Virus record (IMG/VR): IMGVR_UViG_3300028197_000062
Location: 1-36,126 of that record
Length of the DNA: 36,126 bases
Reading direction: 5' to 3' (one strand)
Source of the DNA: a virus
Taxonomy: Duplodnaviria; Caudoviricetes
How positions within the stretch are numbered: the first letter of the stretch is position 1; every line of letters starts with the position of its first letter. The notes under the pieces were generated by a model. That model ran no database searches, was not told where the DNA came from, and worked only from the letters and a program-made list of their open reading frames with translations. Both the position numbers and the translations under genes were made by a program. This document shows positions 18,289-28,518 of the stretch, in pieces.

Positions 18289-21200
18289 TTATGGTGTCCC
18301 ACCGTATCCGTTACCACCGTCATTATAATAGCCATCTGACCCTTCAAAATCATCTGCAAACTCCATCATAGCCATTGTATCATTATTCATATTGTTAAAT
18401 GCCTGTGCAACCATCATTCCGTTTGGCATTTTATTAGAGTGCATAGTAACTGGAATGTTAATTGGCAATCCACCAGTGTTTGATAAGTGGTTAATATCGC
18501 TAAATTTACAAGTTCCAGCCGTTAGTGCGTTTGCGGCAACGTTTGATCCACCACCTGATATTCTACTTTGAATATATGCCGCTACAGCTTTCTGTGTTGG
18601 AACAATTTGATTACTATTAGCAACAAATGTTTGTTCCTTAGAAAATTCTTTAATTACAGCGTTTGTTCCACCAAGTATAAACGCTCCCAATCTTAATTCG
18701 TCTAGTCCTGCTAGATCAAACTGTGAAGCATTAATTGTAACAATACCTGTACTTTGCTCAACTTTAAATAGTTCACCAACTCTAAAGTTACCATCTTGGT
18801 CAGTTGATGCGTAGAATACTCTACCTCCGTTAAACTCTTGTGTTTCTTGTGGTTGCTGTGGATCGTTTACTGATCCATATCCTTCTGTATACAGTTGTGG
18901 ATAGTTGGTAGTAATTGTATTACCAGTACCAATGTCTAGGAAGTCATGTCCTGTTAATCTAACCTGACTGTAATTTTGTCTAATAGTAACTTGCTCGTCA
19001 TGTTCTGGTGATTCTTGAATACCCATTGTTGGAGCAATACTTATTTTTGCTCTAATGTTTGGAGAAACACCTGAAATTGTTGTAGCTGTTCCAACTTTAT
19101 AAATTACGTCTGTGATACTTGGGAATCTTAAGTTATCTCCTGGACTAGGTAACAATGTTAAATCGTCAACTATTAAGTCTCCGCCAGTTTGATATTTGTC
19201 TGTATATCCGTCACCAGTAATTGTTACAGCATTAAATTTAGTATAAGCCGCTCCTCTATTTTTAAATACAGGTTGTCCAAGTGCTTGATCTTTAATTCTA
19301 ACTTGTCTTGTAGCTTCTTGAGTTTTTTGTGTATCAATAACTTCAACTACAGGAGGACTTGCTGAATCATATCCACTTCCTGACTCGTGCATTACAAACT
19401 GTGTAATTCTTCCTGTGTCTGTAGTTGCTCTTATTTGAGCTTTAGCACCATATTTGATTGAGTTAAGTTTATCAGTTGATCCAATATCTTGTACTAAGAA
19501 TCTAGGACCATCGCCGCCAGTCATTGGACTTACTCTTGGAAGGAACGTACTTACTGGAGGAGTAATCTGTGATTTAACATTCCAAGTATCTCCACCATTA
19601 CTTGTTCTAACATTACCTGCTGTATCAACAGCCATAAATAATCCGTCGCTGTAATCTAATCCCCATTCATTTTCATTAACAATATTTGATTTAGTAACTG
19701 CTCTCCAAGATGCATTGTTAGGTCCTTCTGCATAATTTGTAAAGCTAACATAGAATGTTGAAGGTAAACCAAATGTTGCAGTTGTAGTTGATGTTGCATC
19801 ACTAATCATTGTACTTGGTGTTGCTGGGTTAAATGGAAATGAAGCAGTTCCGTTTGGTTTTACTGCCGCTACAAATATTCCATTACCATATGCAAAGTCT
19901 GTTACGTTGTATGTTGTTGGAGCAACTCTAGTTGTTGATGACCAAGTTGTACCATTGTCAGTACTTTCAAAAGCAGTACCGTCAGCTTTAACAGCCATCC
20001 ATTTACCGTTACCGTATCTAATATGTTTTAATCCTGTTCCCATACCTGAACTATTATAAGTCCAACTTGTACCATCTGTTGTACTAATTGCAATTTCATC
20101 TGAATCGTCTGCAACAGCAATTACCGTATGTGAAGTTGCACCAAATGGTCCTTCTGCAATATCAACCCAACTACGTTGAGTAATACTGTAAGCACTTGAA
20201 CCCCAGGCTGTACCTGCTGTTGATAAGTTAGCTTTGTTTCCGTTACCTAATGCAATAAAATATTTTAATTTACCTTTACATTTTACAACACAGGTTGGTC
20301 TTACAAAGTCTGCATCAACTGTACAAGGAGACCAACTTGATCCTCCTGCATCACTGTAAAGTGCCTTAGTAGCATTTGTTTTAGGGAACACAACCATAGT
20401 TGATCCTATTCCGCAACTAACTGGTTGCCACTGGTCTGTAATATTTGTACCATTAGATGAAGCTGTATAAAGTGGATCTGCTACATCAATTCTTGGTTCA
20501 ATTCTATAAGTTGTTGAACCGTCTAAACTTGTTTCAATTGGCCAACCCGGAACAATATGGTCCCAACCACGTAGTCCGTCTGACTCTCTAAGAATATTCA
20601 TTTTTTTAATGCCTGGGAAGTATTCATCAATCATTGCATACTGTCCTACACCTAAACCTTCTTCAACAAAAATACGCATACCTTTGCCAATAGTACTAAC
20701 TGTACAAGTTAGTGCGGCTCCACCGAACGATCCAAGTTGGTTGTCAGCTATTGTAAGTGTATCACCTGCTCTATGACTGTCACCACCGTTAGTTACTGTA
20801 AGTGTTACAGCACCATTAACGTCAACAACCGCAGTAAATGTCATTCCAGTTACATTTGCAAATGGGTTATTTGAAGTACAAGAAACACCAGTATACGTTA
20901 AAGGCATATCAGCTGGTATGTTAACTCTATTTCCATCTGCTCCTGATATGTTATTAACAGTTAATACATCTCTACCAACATATTTTTTTGCAGTAGTTTC
21001 TGCATCAGAGTTTGCAATAGTAATATCAATATTTGATCCGTTTTGTGCAGAGTTTCTTACACCTGTTAAATGTCCTCTACCACCTGGTAAACTTGAATCA
21101 CCTGGATCCATTAATCTAATTTCTGAAATAGTTCCGTTACGTTGTTCAATAAATTCATTATCAACATCAACACCTGATCCTGATCCTGTAATTGTAAATG

Positions 21201-23610
21201 TTGCGTCAGTATAATGTTGACCAACGTGTGTAAATCCTAATCCAAAGATTTGGTTTGCGTTATTATAAACTACTGGTGCTTCAGCATCGTAGTATCTGTT
21301 ATTTAATTTTGCAGTAATAGGTGTTTCTGCCGCAAACTCGCCTTCAGCAAATGACCCATATTTTCCATAAGAGTTGTTACCGTTTGTAGCACGTATCTTA
21401 CCACCTGCTGTACAATAGTAACCAATATGATTAAAGTAAGTAAACACAGAAACAAGCTCAGCTTTACCGTCTGCGTTACACCACATACCAATACCATTAC
21501 TTAAAACTTGCGTAAAGTCGTTAGCAACAATAGATTTGTTACCACCGTTGTGTAATGCTCCATCAATTTTCATACCAATACAAGCTGTACCTATTGTAGT
21601 ACAGTTTTGTACATAAGTTGATTTGTTTGTTATCCATACACTTGTATCTGCTGGTCCTGATCCTGGATCAAGTGCCACGTAAGCACCTGTGTTAGGAATT
21701 TGTGCACCATAGTTATCTGCGGCACCTAGTACACCAGTCATACCTTGCATGGTCATATTTCTAATACCACAACCATTTCTAACTCTAAACATATCGTTAG
21801 TTTCGTAACCTATCTGAGGTTGGATTGTTGTACTTCTTAATTCGTCTCCAACAATAGCAACACCTGCCGGAACATTAATCGGAGTAATTTCTTCGTAAAG
21901 TCCTGTTGCTACAAAAATTGTAGCTGGTGCTCTGCTGGCTTCATCTTGTAAAATATATTGTGTAGCATATTTTACTGAAGCAAAAGGTGAACTACTTGCT
22001 AGTCCAAATCCTGAATCATCTGTACCACCAGTAGCAACATAATAAACTTTATTAATTTGTCCTAGTGCCTCCCAGGCTGGTATTCCTGCAACTTGTTTTA
22101 GTGCATCACCTGGACTACCGATAGGTAATCTGTTATGAGCTGTACCGTTGTGTGTTCTTAAATCACCTCTGTATTGTAATACGTTTCCTGGTGTACCTTG
22201 TACTAATGTTATCCAGTAGCTGTTTGTTGTATCTAAGTCCGGAGTAACAAGCGACGAATCATCACCTGCGTGTGCTTGAATACATTTATAAGCTGTTCCA
22301 ATGTGTGAAACAATATCTCCAAGTACGTATGCACTTGCGGCTAGCCACTCACCTCTATAATATGTTCCTGTAATTACTAGTTGCCAGTACATACTAATTG
22401 ATCCTTCTGTGGATCTAGTTGAACCTGGATCGTAATATCCTCTTGACTCTGGATCTAATGCATCTGGTTGTATGTTTGTACTGTCTTGTACAGCAATATA
22501 AACAAAACCTTTGTTTCTTACAACATCACCTGTTTTGTATTGAGCGGTTAAATCCCACTCGCCTTTCATTGCATAACCAGTAATTAATAATTCCCAATCA
22601 TATAATCCTTGTAAACTTTCGCCTTCATAGAAAACACCTGTAACACTTGGAGGACTTCCTGCATTGTTTGTCATAGATACATAAGTGTATCCACCATATG
22701 TTACAATATCACCTGGTTGGTAAGTTGCCGCATTATTCCATACAGCTTCAAATCCTAAACCCGGAAGCCATATATCAAACTTTGCTTCATCAAAATCTGT
22801 TAATGAAGTATGTGCAGTTTTACATTTCCATTGTGTTGGACCATACTTAACAATATCGCCAACTTTATATCTAACACCAGATGAATCTAAATTACTTTGC
22901 CATTCACCTTTGTATTGAATTCCTTCTAATACAACGTCCCACTTAGATTGAGAATCTTCTAATCCTAATATAGTTGTTGTCGCAGAAGTGTGTCCTAGGT
23001 TACATCTATAAAGTGTTGCTCCGTATCTTACAATGTCATCTTTTTTGTATCTAGTACTTACAGACCAATTTAATTTCCAATCATCTGTTCTTACAACAAT
23101 ATCCCAACTAGTTGAGTTTTGTTCTAAACCTGCAACCGTAGTTGATGAACTATGTTCTTCAACACATTCGTATAGGTAGCCACCATACTTAACAACATCT
23201 CCAACTCGATAAGTTGTTAACGGTGTCCAATCTATTCTCCAGTTTGTAGTTCTTGCGTATTGTTGTAAACTACCTAGTACAGCTGAAATACCTTCTACTT
23301 CTACATTGGTTGAAAGAAACTCTGCTAGTGTTCTGTAAACAATACCATTGTATTTGAATAAGTCGTTAACTTTATATCTTGTATTAGTTGCCCAGTCACC
23401 TTTCCATTGGTAACCTTCTGTATTTAATAACCACTTACCTGGGCTATCATTTAAGTCTGTTGCAAAACTTGTTTGATCGGAAACGTGTCCAACCATACAG
23501 ATATAAACATTACCACCATTGCGAACAATATCATCTTTGATATATGTTGCACCTGGTAACCAAACGTTTTTCCAGTTATATCTTATTCGTGCTAGATTAA
23601 ATTGTCCCAT
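18289..23610 (-). CDS. Giant modular virion/tail-fibre adhesin, 1773 aa; paralog of 11944..18255 with an Asp-box beta-propeller-like region
   Basis: Same N-terminal repeats, beta-helix entry and C-terminus as the 2103-aa protein. The central region has BNR/Asp-box motifs (SDAGGSSW, TTDGTSW, STDNGTTW, SNGGDTW). Confidence 0.75.
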   Translation of the reverse strand: MGQFNLARIRYNWKNVWLPGATYIKDDIVRNGGNVYICMVGHVSDQTSFATDLNDSPGKWLLNTEGYQWKGDWATNTRYKVNDLFKYNGIVYRTLAEFLSTNVEVEGISAVLGSLQQYARTTNWRIDWTPLTTYRVGDVVKYGGYLYECVEEHSSSTTVAGLEQNSTSWDIVVRTDDWKLNWSVSTRYKKDDIVRYGATLYRCNLGHTSATTTILGLEDSQSKWDVVLEGIQYKGEWQSNLDSSGVRYKVGDIVKYGPTQWKCKTAHTSLTDFDEAKFDIWLPGLGFEAVWNNAATYQPGDIVTYGGYTYVSMTNNAGSPPSVTGVFYEGESLQGLYDWELLITGYAMKGEWDLTAQYKTGDVVRNKGFVYIAVQDSTNIQPDALDPESRGYYDPGSTRSTEGSISMYWQLVITGTYYRGEWLAASAYVLGDIVSHIGTAYKCIQAHAGDDSSLVTPDLDTTNSYWITLVQGTPGNVLQYRGDLRTHNGTAHNRLPIGSPGDALKQVAGIPAWEALGQINKVYYVATGGTDDSGFGLASSSPFASVKYATQYILQDEASRAPATIFVATGLYEEITPINVPAGVAIVGDELRSTTIQPQIGYETNDMFRVRNGCGIRNMTMQGMTGVLGAADNYGAQIPNTGAYVALDPGSGPADTSVWITNKSTYVQNCTTIGTACIGMKIDGALHNGGNKSIVANDFTQVLSNGIGMWCNADGKAELVSVFTYFNHIGYYCTAGGKIRATNGNNSYGKYGSFAEGEFAAETPITAKLNNRYYDAEAPVVYNNANQIFGLGFTHVGQHYTDATFTITGSGSGVDVDNEFIEQRNGTISEIRLMDPGDSSLPGGRGHLTGVRNSAQNGSNIDITIANSDAETTAKKYVGRDVLTVNNISGADGNRVNIPADMPLTYTGVSCTSNNPFANVTGMTFTAVVDVNGAVTLTVTNGGDSHRAGDTLTIADNQLGSFGGAALTCTVSTIGKGMRIFVEEGLGVGQYAMIDEYFPGIKKMNILRESDGLRGWDHIVPGWPIETSLDGSTTYRIEPRIDVADPLYTASSNGTNITDQWQPVSCGIGSTMVVFPKTNATKALYSDAGGSSWSPCTVDADFVRPTCVVKCKGKLKYFIALGNGNKANLSTAGTAWGSSAYSITQRSWVDIAEGPFGATSHTVIAVADDSDEIAISTTDGTSWTYNSSGMGTGLKHIRYGNGKWMAVKADGTAFESTDNGTTWSSTTRVAPTTYNVTDFAYGNGIFVAAVKPNGTASFPFNPATPSTMISDATSTTTATFGLPSTFYVSFTNYAEGPNNASWRAVTKSNIVNENEWGLDYSDGLFMAVDTAGNVRTSNGGDTWNVKSQITPPVSTFLPRVSPMTGGDGPRFLVQDIGSTDKLNSIKYGAKAQIRATTDTGRITQFVMHESGSGYDSASPPVVEVIDTQKTQEATRQVRIKDQALGQPVFKNRGAAYTKFNAVTITGDGYTDKYQTGGDLIVDDLTLLPSPGDNLRFPSITDVIYKVGTATTISGVSPNIRAKISIAPTMGIQESPEHDEQVTIRQNYSQVRLTGHDFLDIGTGNTITTNYPQLYTEGYGSVNDPQQPQETQEFNGGRVFYASTDQDGNFRVGELFKVEQSTGIVTINASQFDLAGLDELRLGAFILGGTNAVIKEFSKEQTFVANSNQIVPTQKAVAAYIQSRISGGGSNVAANALTAGTCKFSDINHLSNTGGLPINIPVTMHSNKMPNGMMVAQAFNNMNNDTMAMMEFADDFEGSDGYYNDGGNGYGGTP

Positions 23611-24011
23611 TACCCTGCGTATCCTGTTGCGTTAGCACCAAATGTTAAATGCTCTCCGGATATACCGTTGTCATATTCGTATTTGGTATTAATTCTTAAA
23701 ACTATTTCGCCCTCTGCGTTTACATAATAGTAAATATTTTTATCGTCCCAACGCATTTGTTCATAAAGTAAGTTATCATAAACTAGTACGTGGTTTGGAT
23801 TTCTTCCTTCAAAGAAATCTTCTCCAGATTGGAATTCTGTGTAGTTACCATCTGTTCCACCTGGTCTGTTAATCTGTGCTTCGTCTGTTGGAGATGCAAT
23901 ATCTACTTTTTGAATAAACATTTGTCCGTCATCATCTCTACGTAATGCGTAAAAATAACGTTCGCCTGAATCACCTTGTAATGGTGCAGTTCCTACATAG
24001 TTAAAACTCAT
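23610..24011 (-). CDS. Hypothetical protein (probable virion component)
   Basis: 133 aa, with TAATG overlaps with both neighbours. Confidence 0.7.
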   Translation of the reverse strand: MSFNYVGTAPLQGDSGERYFYALRRDDDGQMFIQKVDIASPTDEAQINRPGGTDGNYTEFQSGEDFFEGRNPNHVLVYDNLLYEQMRWDDKNIYYYVNAEGEIVLRINTKYEYDNGISGEHLTFGANATGYAG

Positions 24012-24340
24012 TATACTATCTCCACATAACTTAAGATTACGTCAACAGCATCATTTTGATCTGCTGTAACATAAACTATATTTGCCGCTGGTAAGACCAA
24101 TTTCTCTCCACCGTTAATTGCACGTAAACTGGCATTCGGGGCAATCATAACATCTTTAACATAAAATCCAGTAACACTTGTATCGTCTTTAACAGTAATA
24201 CTAACTCTTGTATTACCATCTAATAGGTTTGCAATACTTAAACCAATAGCAGTAACTTTTGATCCACCAGGTACTGTAATAATTTCTACCGGTACTAGTC
24301 CTACATTCTTAACTATTTTATTTTTAAAAAACGTTGCCAT
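24011..24340 (-). CDS. Small beta-rich virion protein
   Basis: MAT.FKN...TVP......IGLSIAN...VKDV.I....SL....GGEKLVL...D.ILSYVEI, a pattern typical of small structural proteins of T4-like aquatic phages. Confidence 0.65.
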   Translation of the reverse strand: MATFFKNKIVKNVGLVPVEIITVPGGSKVTAIGLSIANLLDGNTRVSITVKDDTSVTGFYVKDVMIAPNASLRAINGGEKLVLPAANIVYVTADQNDAVDVILSYVEIV

Positions 24341-24343
24341 TGC

Positions 24344-25819
24344 TTATCCTAAACTCAATACTAATTCTAACGCGATGTTTTGTGCATCTGTTTGAGAAAC
24401 TGCTCCAGAACTACCTGCAACTGTGTCCCATACTGTTCCATCATATATTTCTAGTCTTCCATCTGTTGTGTTCCAACGTGTCATTCCTAAAACAGGAGTT
24501 GCATGACGTTGGGCACCTGTACCAGCTGGAACTATAAATGCATCTGTACCTTCAATTTTAAAGTATCCAGTACCTGGATCCAATACACTTGTAGCACCGC
24601 TACTAGTGTTATTTATAGTACTTCCGCTGATATTAAAGTTGTCAATCTGTACACCACCTGTACCGTTAGGAATTAGGTTTAAATCCGTATCTGCAGTGGT
24701 TGTACTAATAGTATTTCCATCAATTTGTATGCTGTCTACATTTAATTTAGATACATTAAATTCTGTTTCTGTAACACTAGCAATTTGAGTACCATTTGAG
24801 TAAAATCTAATAGTGTTGTCGTTTGCACCTGGAGTTAGTTCTGCTGTAATATAAGTGTCTGCATCTAAGTCATACACACCTGTAAGCACAATCCAGTTAC
24901 CATCAAATCCTTCAAACTTTGAAGTAGTTGTGTTGTAACGTATCATACCTGCGGCAGGCACACTTGGTCTTTGTGCAGTTGTACCACTTGGTATTCTAAC
25001 TGATCCTGTTCCGTCAATGTTAACTGTTCCACTACCTGGATTAAACACCATGTCAGTTGTAGCAGTTTCTAATCTGTTGGCCTTCATTAAGAAGTCATCA
25101 ACAATAATATATCCTGATCCGTTTGTACGTAATTCTAAGTCTGCATTTGAAACTGTGTTTTGTATTACGTTTGTGTCAATAACAAGGTCGTCTATGTAAG
25201 CCGCTGATGCGTGTACACTATTCCATTTTTTACCTGGAGTACCTAAATTATATGTTCCAGTTGCATCTGGTTTTAGATCTGATGTAATACCTGCTGTAAT
25301 ACTGATAGTATCAGTAGCTTCGTCACCTATTTGTACGTTACCTGAAATTGTGATGTCGCCATCAGCAACTAAATTACCTGTAATATCTATATTACCTGTA
25401 ACTGCTAAATTTCCTTGAACGTTAACCTTACCTGAACCATGTGGTTGAATATCAATGTCTGAGTTAGACTGCGTTGTTGATATTACGTTTGTGTCAAATC
25501 TTAAATCGTCAATATCAAGAGTTTTTAATGCTGTAACCTTGTCGGAACCTACTGTTGTTAAGTTTAATGTATTTGAAATTGTAGTAATTGTATTACCACT
25601 AACTCTAACATCACCTATATATGATGTTCCTGTAGTAATTAAATCTGTTGATCTTGTTGTTCCGTTGATATCTAAATCGTATTGAGGAGTTGCAGTTTTG
25701 ATTCCAATCCTGCTGTTATTAACATCCAGATAAAGTAAGTTCGTTTCAAATGCTAAATCTACGCCATTACGCAGAAGATTTGCCTTTAACAACGGACCTG
25801 ATATACGACCTACAGCCAC
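24344..25819 (-). CDS. Tail-fibre-like structural protein (GTG start); paralog of 25960..27426
   Basis: MAVGRISGPLL.ANL.R N-terminus, repeats of I..N.I.T...N.D....P.G.G.V and P.GT.AQRP...G..RYNTT...E...G.W; GGAGA RBS. Confidence 0.75.
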   Translation of the reverse strand: MAVGRISGPLLKANLLRNGVDLAFETNLLYLDVNNSRIGIKTATPQYDLDINGTTRSTDLITTGTSYIGDVRVSGNTITTISNTLNLTTVGSDKVTALKTLDIDDLRFDTNVISTTQSNSDIDIQPHGSGKVNVQGNLAVTGNIDITGNLVADGDITISGNVQIGDEATDTISITAGITSDLKPDATGTYNLGTPGKKWNSVHASAAYIDDLVIDTNVIQNTVSNADLELRTNGSGYIIVDDFLMKANRLETATTDMVFNPGSGTVNIDGTGSVRIPSGTTAQRPSVPAAGMIRYNTTTSKFEGFDGNWIVLTGVYDLDADTYITAELTPGANDNTIRFYSNGTQIASVTETEFNVSKLNVDSIQIDGNTISTTTADTDLNLIPNGTGGVQIDNFNISGSTINNTSSGATSVLDPGTGYFKIEGTDAFIVPAGTGAQRHATPVLGMTRWNTTDGRLEIYDGTVWDTVAGSSGAVSQTDAQNIALELVLSLG

Positions 25820-25939
25820 TTGTTTCTCCTAATACGGGGATCCTGTCCCTCTAGCCAAATTACATTGCCGGCTAACCACAGTTTGTTACACAAGGTTCCT
25901 TGGGCTTCTCTCCCTCAGATGGTCTTCCTTATGCTAATA

Positions 25940-25948
25940 GTATTTATC
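25940..25948 (-). promoter_or_regulatory. T4-like late promoter GATAAATAC
   Basis: Upstream of a 120-nt leader and 24344..25819. Confidence 0.7.
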
Positions 25949-25959
25949 GTTTTTGGATA

Positions 25960-27426
25960 TTAACCTAATGCTATGGTGTAGATATTAACTAATTCACTCA
26001 TGTATTCTTCAGTTACAGAGTCACCTGCACCTGATACGTTTGCCCACTGAGTTCCGTCCCATGTTTCTAAGTATGATAGTGTAGTGTTATATCTAGTCAT
26101 ACCTAATTGTCCAATAGGTCTATCAGAAACAGATCCTGATGGTATTTGAAATCCGCCGGTTCCGCCGAATTGTACAACTCCTAAATCAGTACCAACAGTA
26201 TTAAATACCATGTCTCCTGATCCTGTGTTTGTAATAGTATTTCCGTTAATTTTTAAGTCACCTATATTAACTGTACCTGTACCATTTGCTGTAAAAACAA
26301 TGTTCTGGTTAGCCGCTGAACTTGAAATATTTGCATTATCAATAGTAACGTTACTCTGTGAAATTAGTTTATTTGTAACTAATCCGTCGGAAGTAAGTGT
26401 AGTATTTGTAACACTATTTGTAACAAAGTTAAATGAATTATCGTTGTTTGCTAGTACATAAGTTTGTCTGTTTTCACTCCATATACCTCTTAATGGAGTA
26501 TAAGCAGTTGAAAATAATTCAAAGAAATTCGTAGTTGAGTTATAACGTACATCAGTTGCAGTACTTGGTCTTTGTGCTTCTGTACCAACTGGAACTTTCA
26601 TAGCACCTGTGCCTGTAATTCCTACACTTCCGCCACCTGGCTTGATCTCTATATTATTTGATCCTGTGCTAGTTAAAGTATTTGCACTAAAACGTAAATC
26701 CTCAACAACAATAGCACCAGTACCTGATGGTCTAATGTAAAAGTTATTGTTAAATGTTTTTGTAGTTATAACATTGGTATCAATGTTTATATCGCCGATA
26801 TCTGCCATACCGGCATTTATATCATTCCAACGTTTTGTTGTACTACCTAAGTTTAATAAATCTGTTGTTGCTCTTGGAACTAAATCTTGGGTAAATCTTA
26901 CAAAGTCAAAATCAACTGTGTCGGTTGCAGTATTACCTAAGTCAAAATTACCACCAACTGTTACATTGCCTGGGATAGTAACATTACCTGTTGCTGTTGC
27001 ATTTCCTGTAACTTTTGTATCTTTTAGAAAATGTGTTCTACCACTTTGATTAGGATTAAAAACAATATCATCATTATTTTGATATGTTCTTATATCGTTA
27101 TCATTAAGTTCTAATCGTTGTGTACCTGTAGTTTGTAGTCTATCAATTTTAATATTTTCAACAGCATTTAAAATGATATCTCCTGTAATAGCTCTAACAC
27201 CTGTTGTACTAAATTCTAAGTTACCACCTGTTAATCTTGTAGCATAAACATCAGGAGTATTAATTTGTCCGTTGACATTAAGTTCAGCATTAGGACTATC
27301 AGTTCTAACACCAATTCTACCGTTTAGAGCACCAATGTATAATAGGTCAGTTTCAAACGCAAGATTAGATAATGTGCGTTTTAGATTGGCCGCTAATAAT
27401 GGGCCTGAAATTCTAGCTATTGCCAT
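25960..27426 (-). CDS. Tail-fibre-like structural protein
   Basis: MAIARISGPLL.ANL.R N-terminus and the same repeat architecture as 24344..25819. Confidence 0.75.
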   Translation of the reverse strand: MAIARISGPLLAANLKRTLSNLAFETDLLYIGALNGRIGVRTDSPNAELNVNGQINTPDVYATRLTGGNLEFSTTGVRAITGDIILNAVENIKIDRLQTTGTQRLELNDNDIRTYQNNDDIVFNPNQSGRTHFLKDTKVTGNATATGNVTIPGNVTVGGNFDLGNTATDTVDFDFVRFTQDLVPRATTDLLNLGSTTKRWNDINAGMADIGDINIDTNVITTKTFNNNFYIRPSGTGAIVVEDLRFSANTLTSTGSNNIEIKPGGGSVGITGTGAMKVPVGTEAQRPSTATDVRYNSTTNFFELFSTAYTPLRGIWSENRQTYVLANNDNSFNFVTNSVTNTTLTSDGLVTNKLISQSNVTIDNANISSSAANQNIVFTANGTGTVNIGDLKINGNTITNTGSGDMVFNTVGTDLGVVQFGGTGGFQIPSGSVSDRPIGQLGMTRYNTTLSYLETWDGTQWANVSGAGDSVTEEYMSELVNIYTIALG

Positions 27427-27442
27427 GTTGTACTCCTATACT

Positions 27443-27451
27443 GTATTTATC
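27443..27451 (-). promoter_or_regulatory. T4-like late promoter GATAAATAC
   Basis: Upstream of 25960..27426. Confidence 0.7.
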
Positions 27452-27457
27452 GGAATA

Positions 27458-27670
27458 CTATGTCCAAGGACGGCCAGCTGTTAATGTTCCTGTTGTGATT
27501 TCTTTTTTCTTTGATGTATCGTTATCACCTGCTTGGTATAACGTAGGCATTAAGCCCTTTTTAAGTGTAGCTCTTTTGCCTGTAGCCGCACGTTTTTCAG
27601 CCGCAAGTTTTAACTTTTGCTCTTGGCGTTGTCTTTTAAATTCTAAGTGTGATATACCGTTGTCAGACAT
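27458..27670 (-). CDS. Small basic hypothetical protein
   Basis: 70 aa, Lys/Arg-rich; TAATG overlap with the upstream gene; fills the gap before a late promoter. Confidence 0.65.
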   Translation of the reverse strand: MSDNGISHLEFKRQRQEQKLKLAAEKRAATGKRATLKKGLMPTLYQAGDNDTSKKKEITTGTLTAGRPWT

Positions 27671-28173
27671 TATTTGTCAAAGTTGTGTAGTACTGTTACT
27701 GGTTTTCCTGTTGGTACTGCTGTACCAAACACTACATACCAACCAGCCGCATAACCGCTTGGGTTTTGTTCTAGTGTATAGTTAGTTGTTGGAAGTTGAA
27801 ATACGTTTTCAACTAATACCAATAAGTTTTGTGCCGCCGCCGGAGCAGGGTTATATGAATCGTTATTATTTAATGGACCAAATTTAGTTTCAGTATCATT
27901 ACCGTTACCTAAACTTTGCATAACAATGGCCGCTGGTTCAAATCTTCTAATAGGTGCCCAACTACCTGCTTGATAATTTTCAAACACGTTAGTTGTTGTG
28001 TTGTATCTCATGTGACCGTTTGTAGGACTTGTAACTTTGTCGGCAGTTGTTCCTACCGGAACTAGCATCATGTCTTTACTGTCAAGTACTACTTGACCGT
28101 TGATGTCTCTACGGATATCATCTTGCCCGTAGATTCCTCTATTATTTGTCGACTGTCTTCTAAGAAACCTCAT
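27670..28173 (-). CDS. Structural protein with a P.GTT...G..RYNTT...E.Y..W fibre motif
   Basis: 167 aa; the motif is shared with the 488-aa and 491-aa proteins; GAGG RBS. Confidence 0.65.
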   Translation of the reverse strand: MRFLRRQSTNNRGIYGQDDIRRDINGQVVLDSKDMMLVPVGTTADKVTSPTNGHMRYNTTTNVFENYQAGSWAPIRRFEPAAIVMQSLGNGNDTETKFGPLNNNDSYNPAPAAAQNLLVLVENVFQLPTTNYTLEQNPSGYAAGWYVVFGTAVPTGKPVTVLHNFDK

Positions 28174-28176
28174 TTA

Positions 28177-28509
28177 TTAAACCTCTAAATAACTTACAGT
28201 TACACTCAAGTTTAACGGTGCTTGACTTAATAATGTTACTTTGTCGCCAGCTTCTAAGATAACTTTTTCAGTATCAAGTGTAAACGTATCTCCACCCGCT
28301 ACTGGCATTTCTTTTACAACCATGTTAGTGTTGGACTTTGCTTGTCCACTCTTTACAAAGTGTAAATCAAATGAAGTATCATTAGTACCGCCAGCATTAA
28401 AGCCTGCATGATTACAAACCATAATAGTTGTAATTGCATAAGAAGTCGAAGCAGGTACCGTAAGTATTATTGTATCTGTGTTTCCTATTGCCGCTTGTGC
28501 TATTGCCAT
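28177..28509 (-). CDS. Small beta-rich virion protein
   Basis: LTVP....AITTIMVCN...TF.LDTEKVILE.GD...VSYLEV; paralog of 24011..24340. Confidence 0.65.
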   Translation of the reverse strand: MAIAQAAIGNTDTIILTVPASTSYAITTIMVCNHAGFNAGGTNDTSFDLHFVKSGQAKSNTNMVVKEMPVAGGDTFTLDTEKVILEAGDKVTLLSQAPLNLSVTVSYLEV

Positions 28510-28518
28510 TTTCTATCC

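Noticed and set aside
12333-18957. Repeated blocks near the 3' ends of two fibre genes as a possible diversity-generating retroelement TR/VR pair
   Set aside because: The blocks are short, both are coding, they show no adenine-specific mismatch pattern, and no reverse transcriptase is present in the window.
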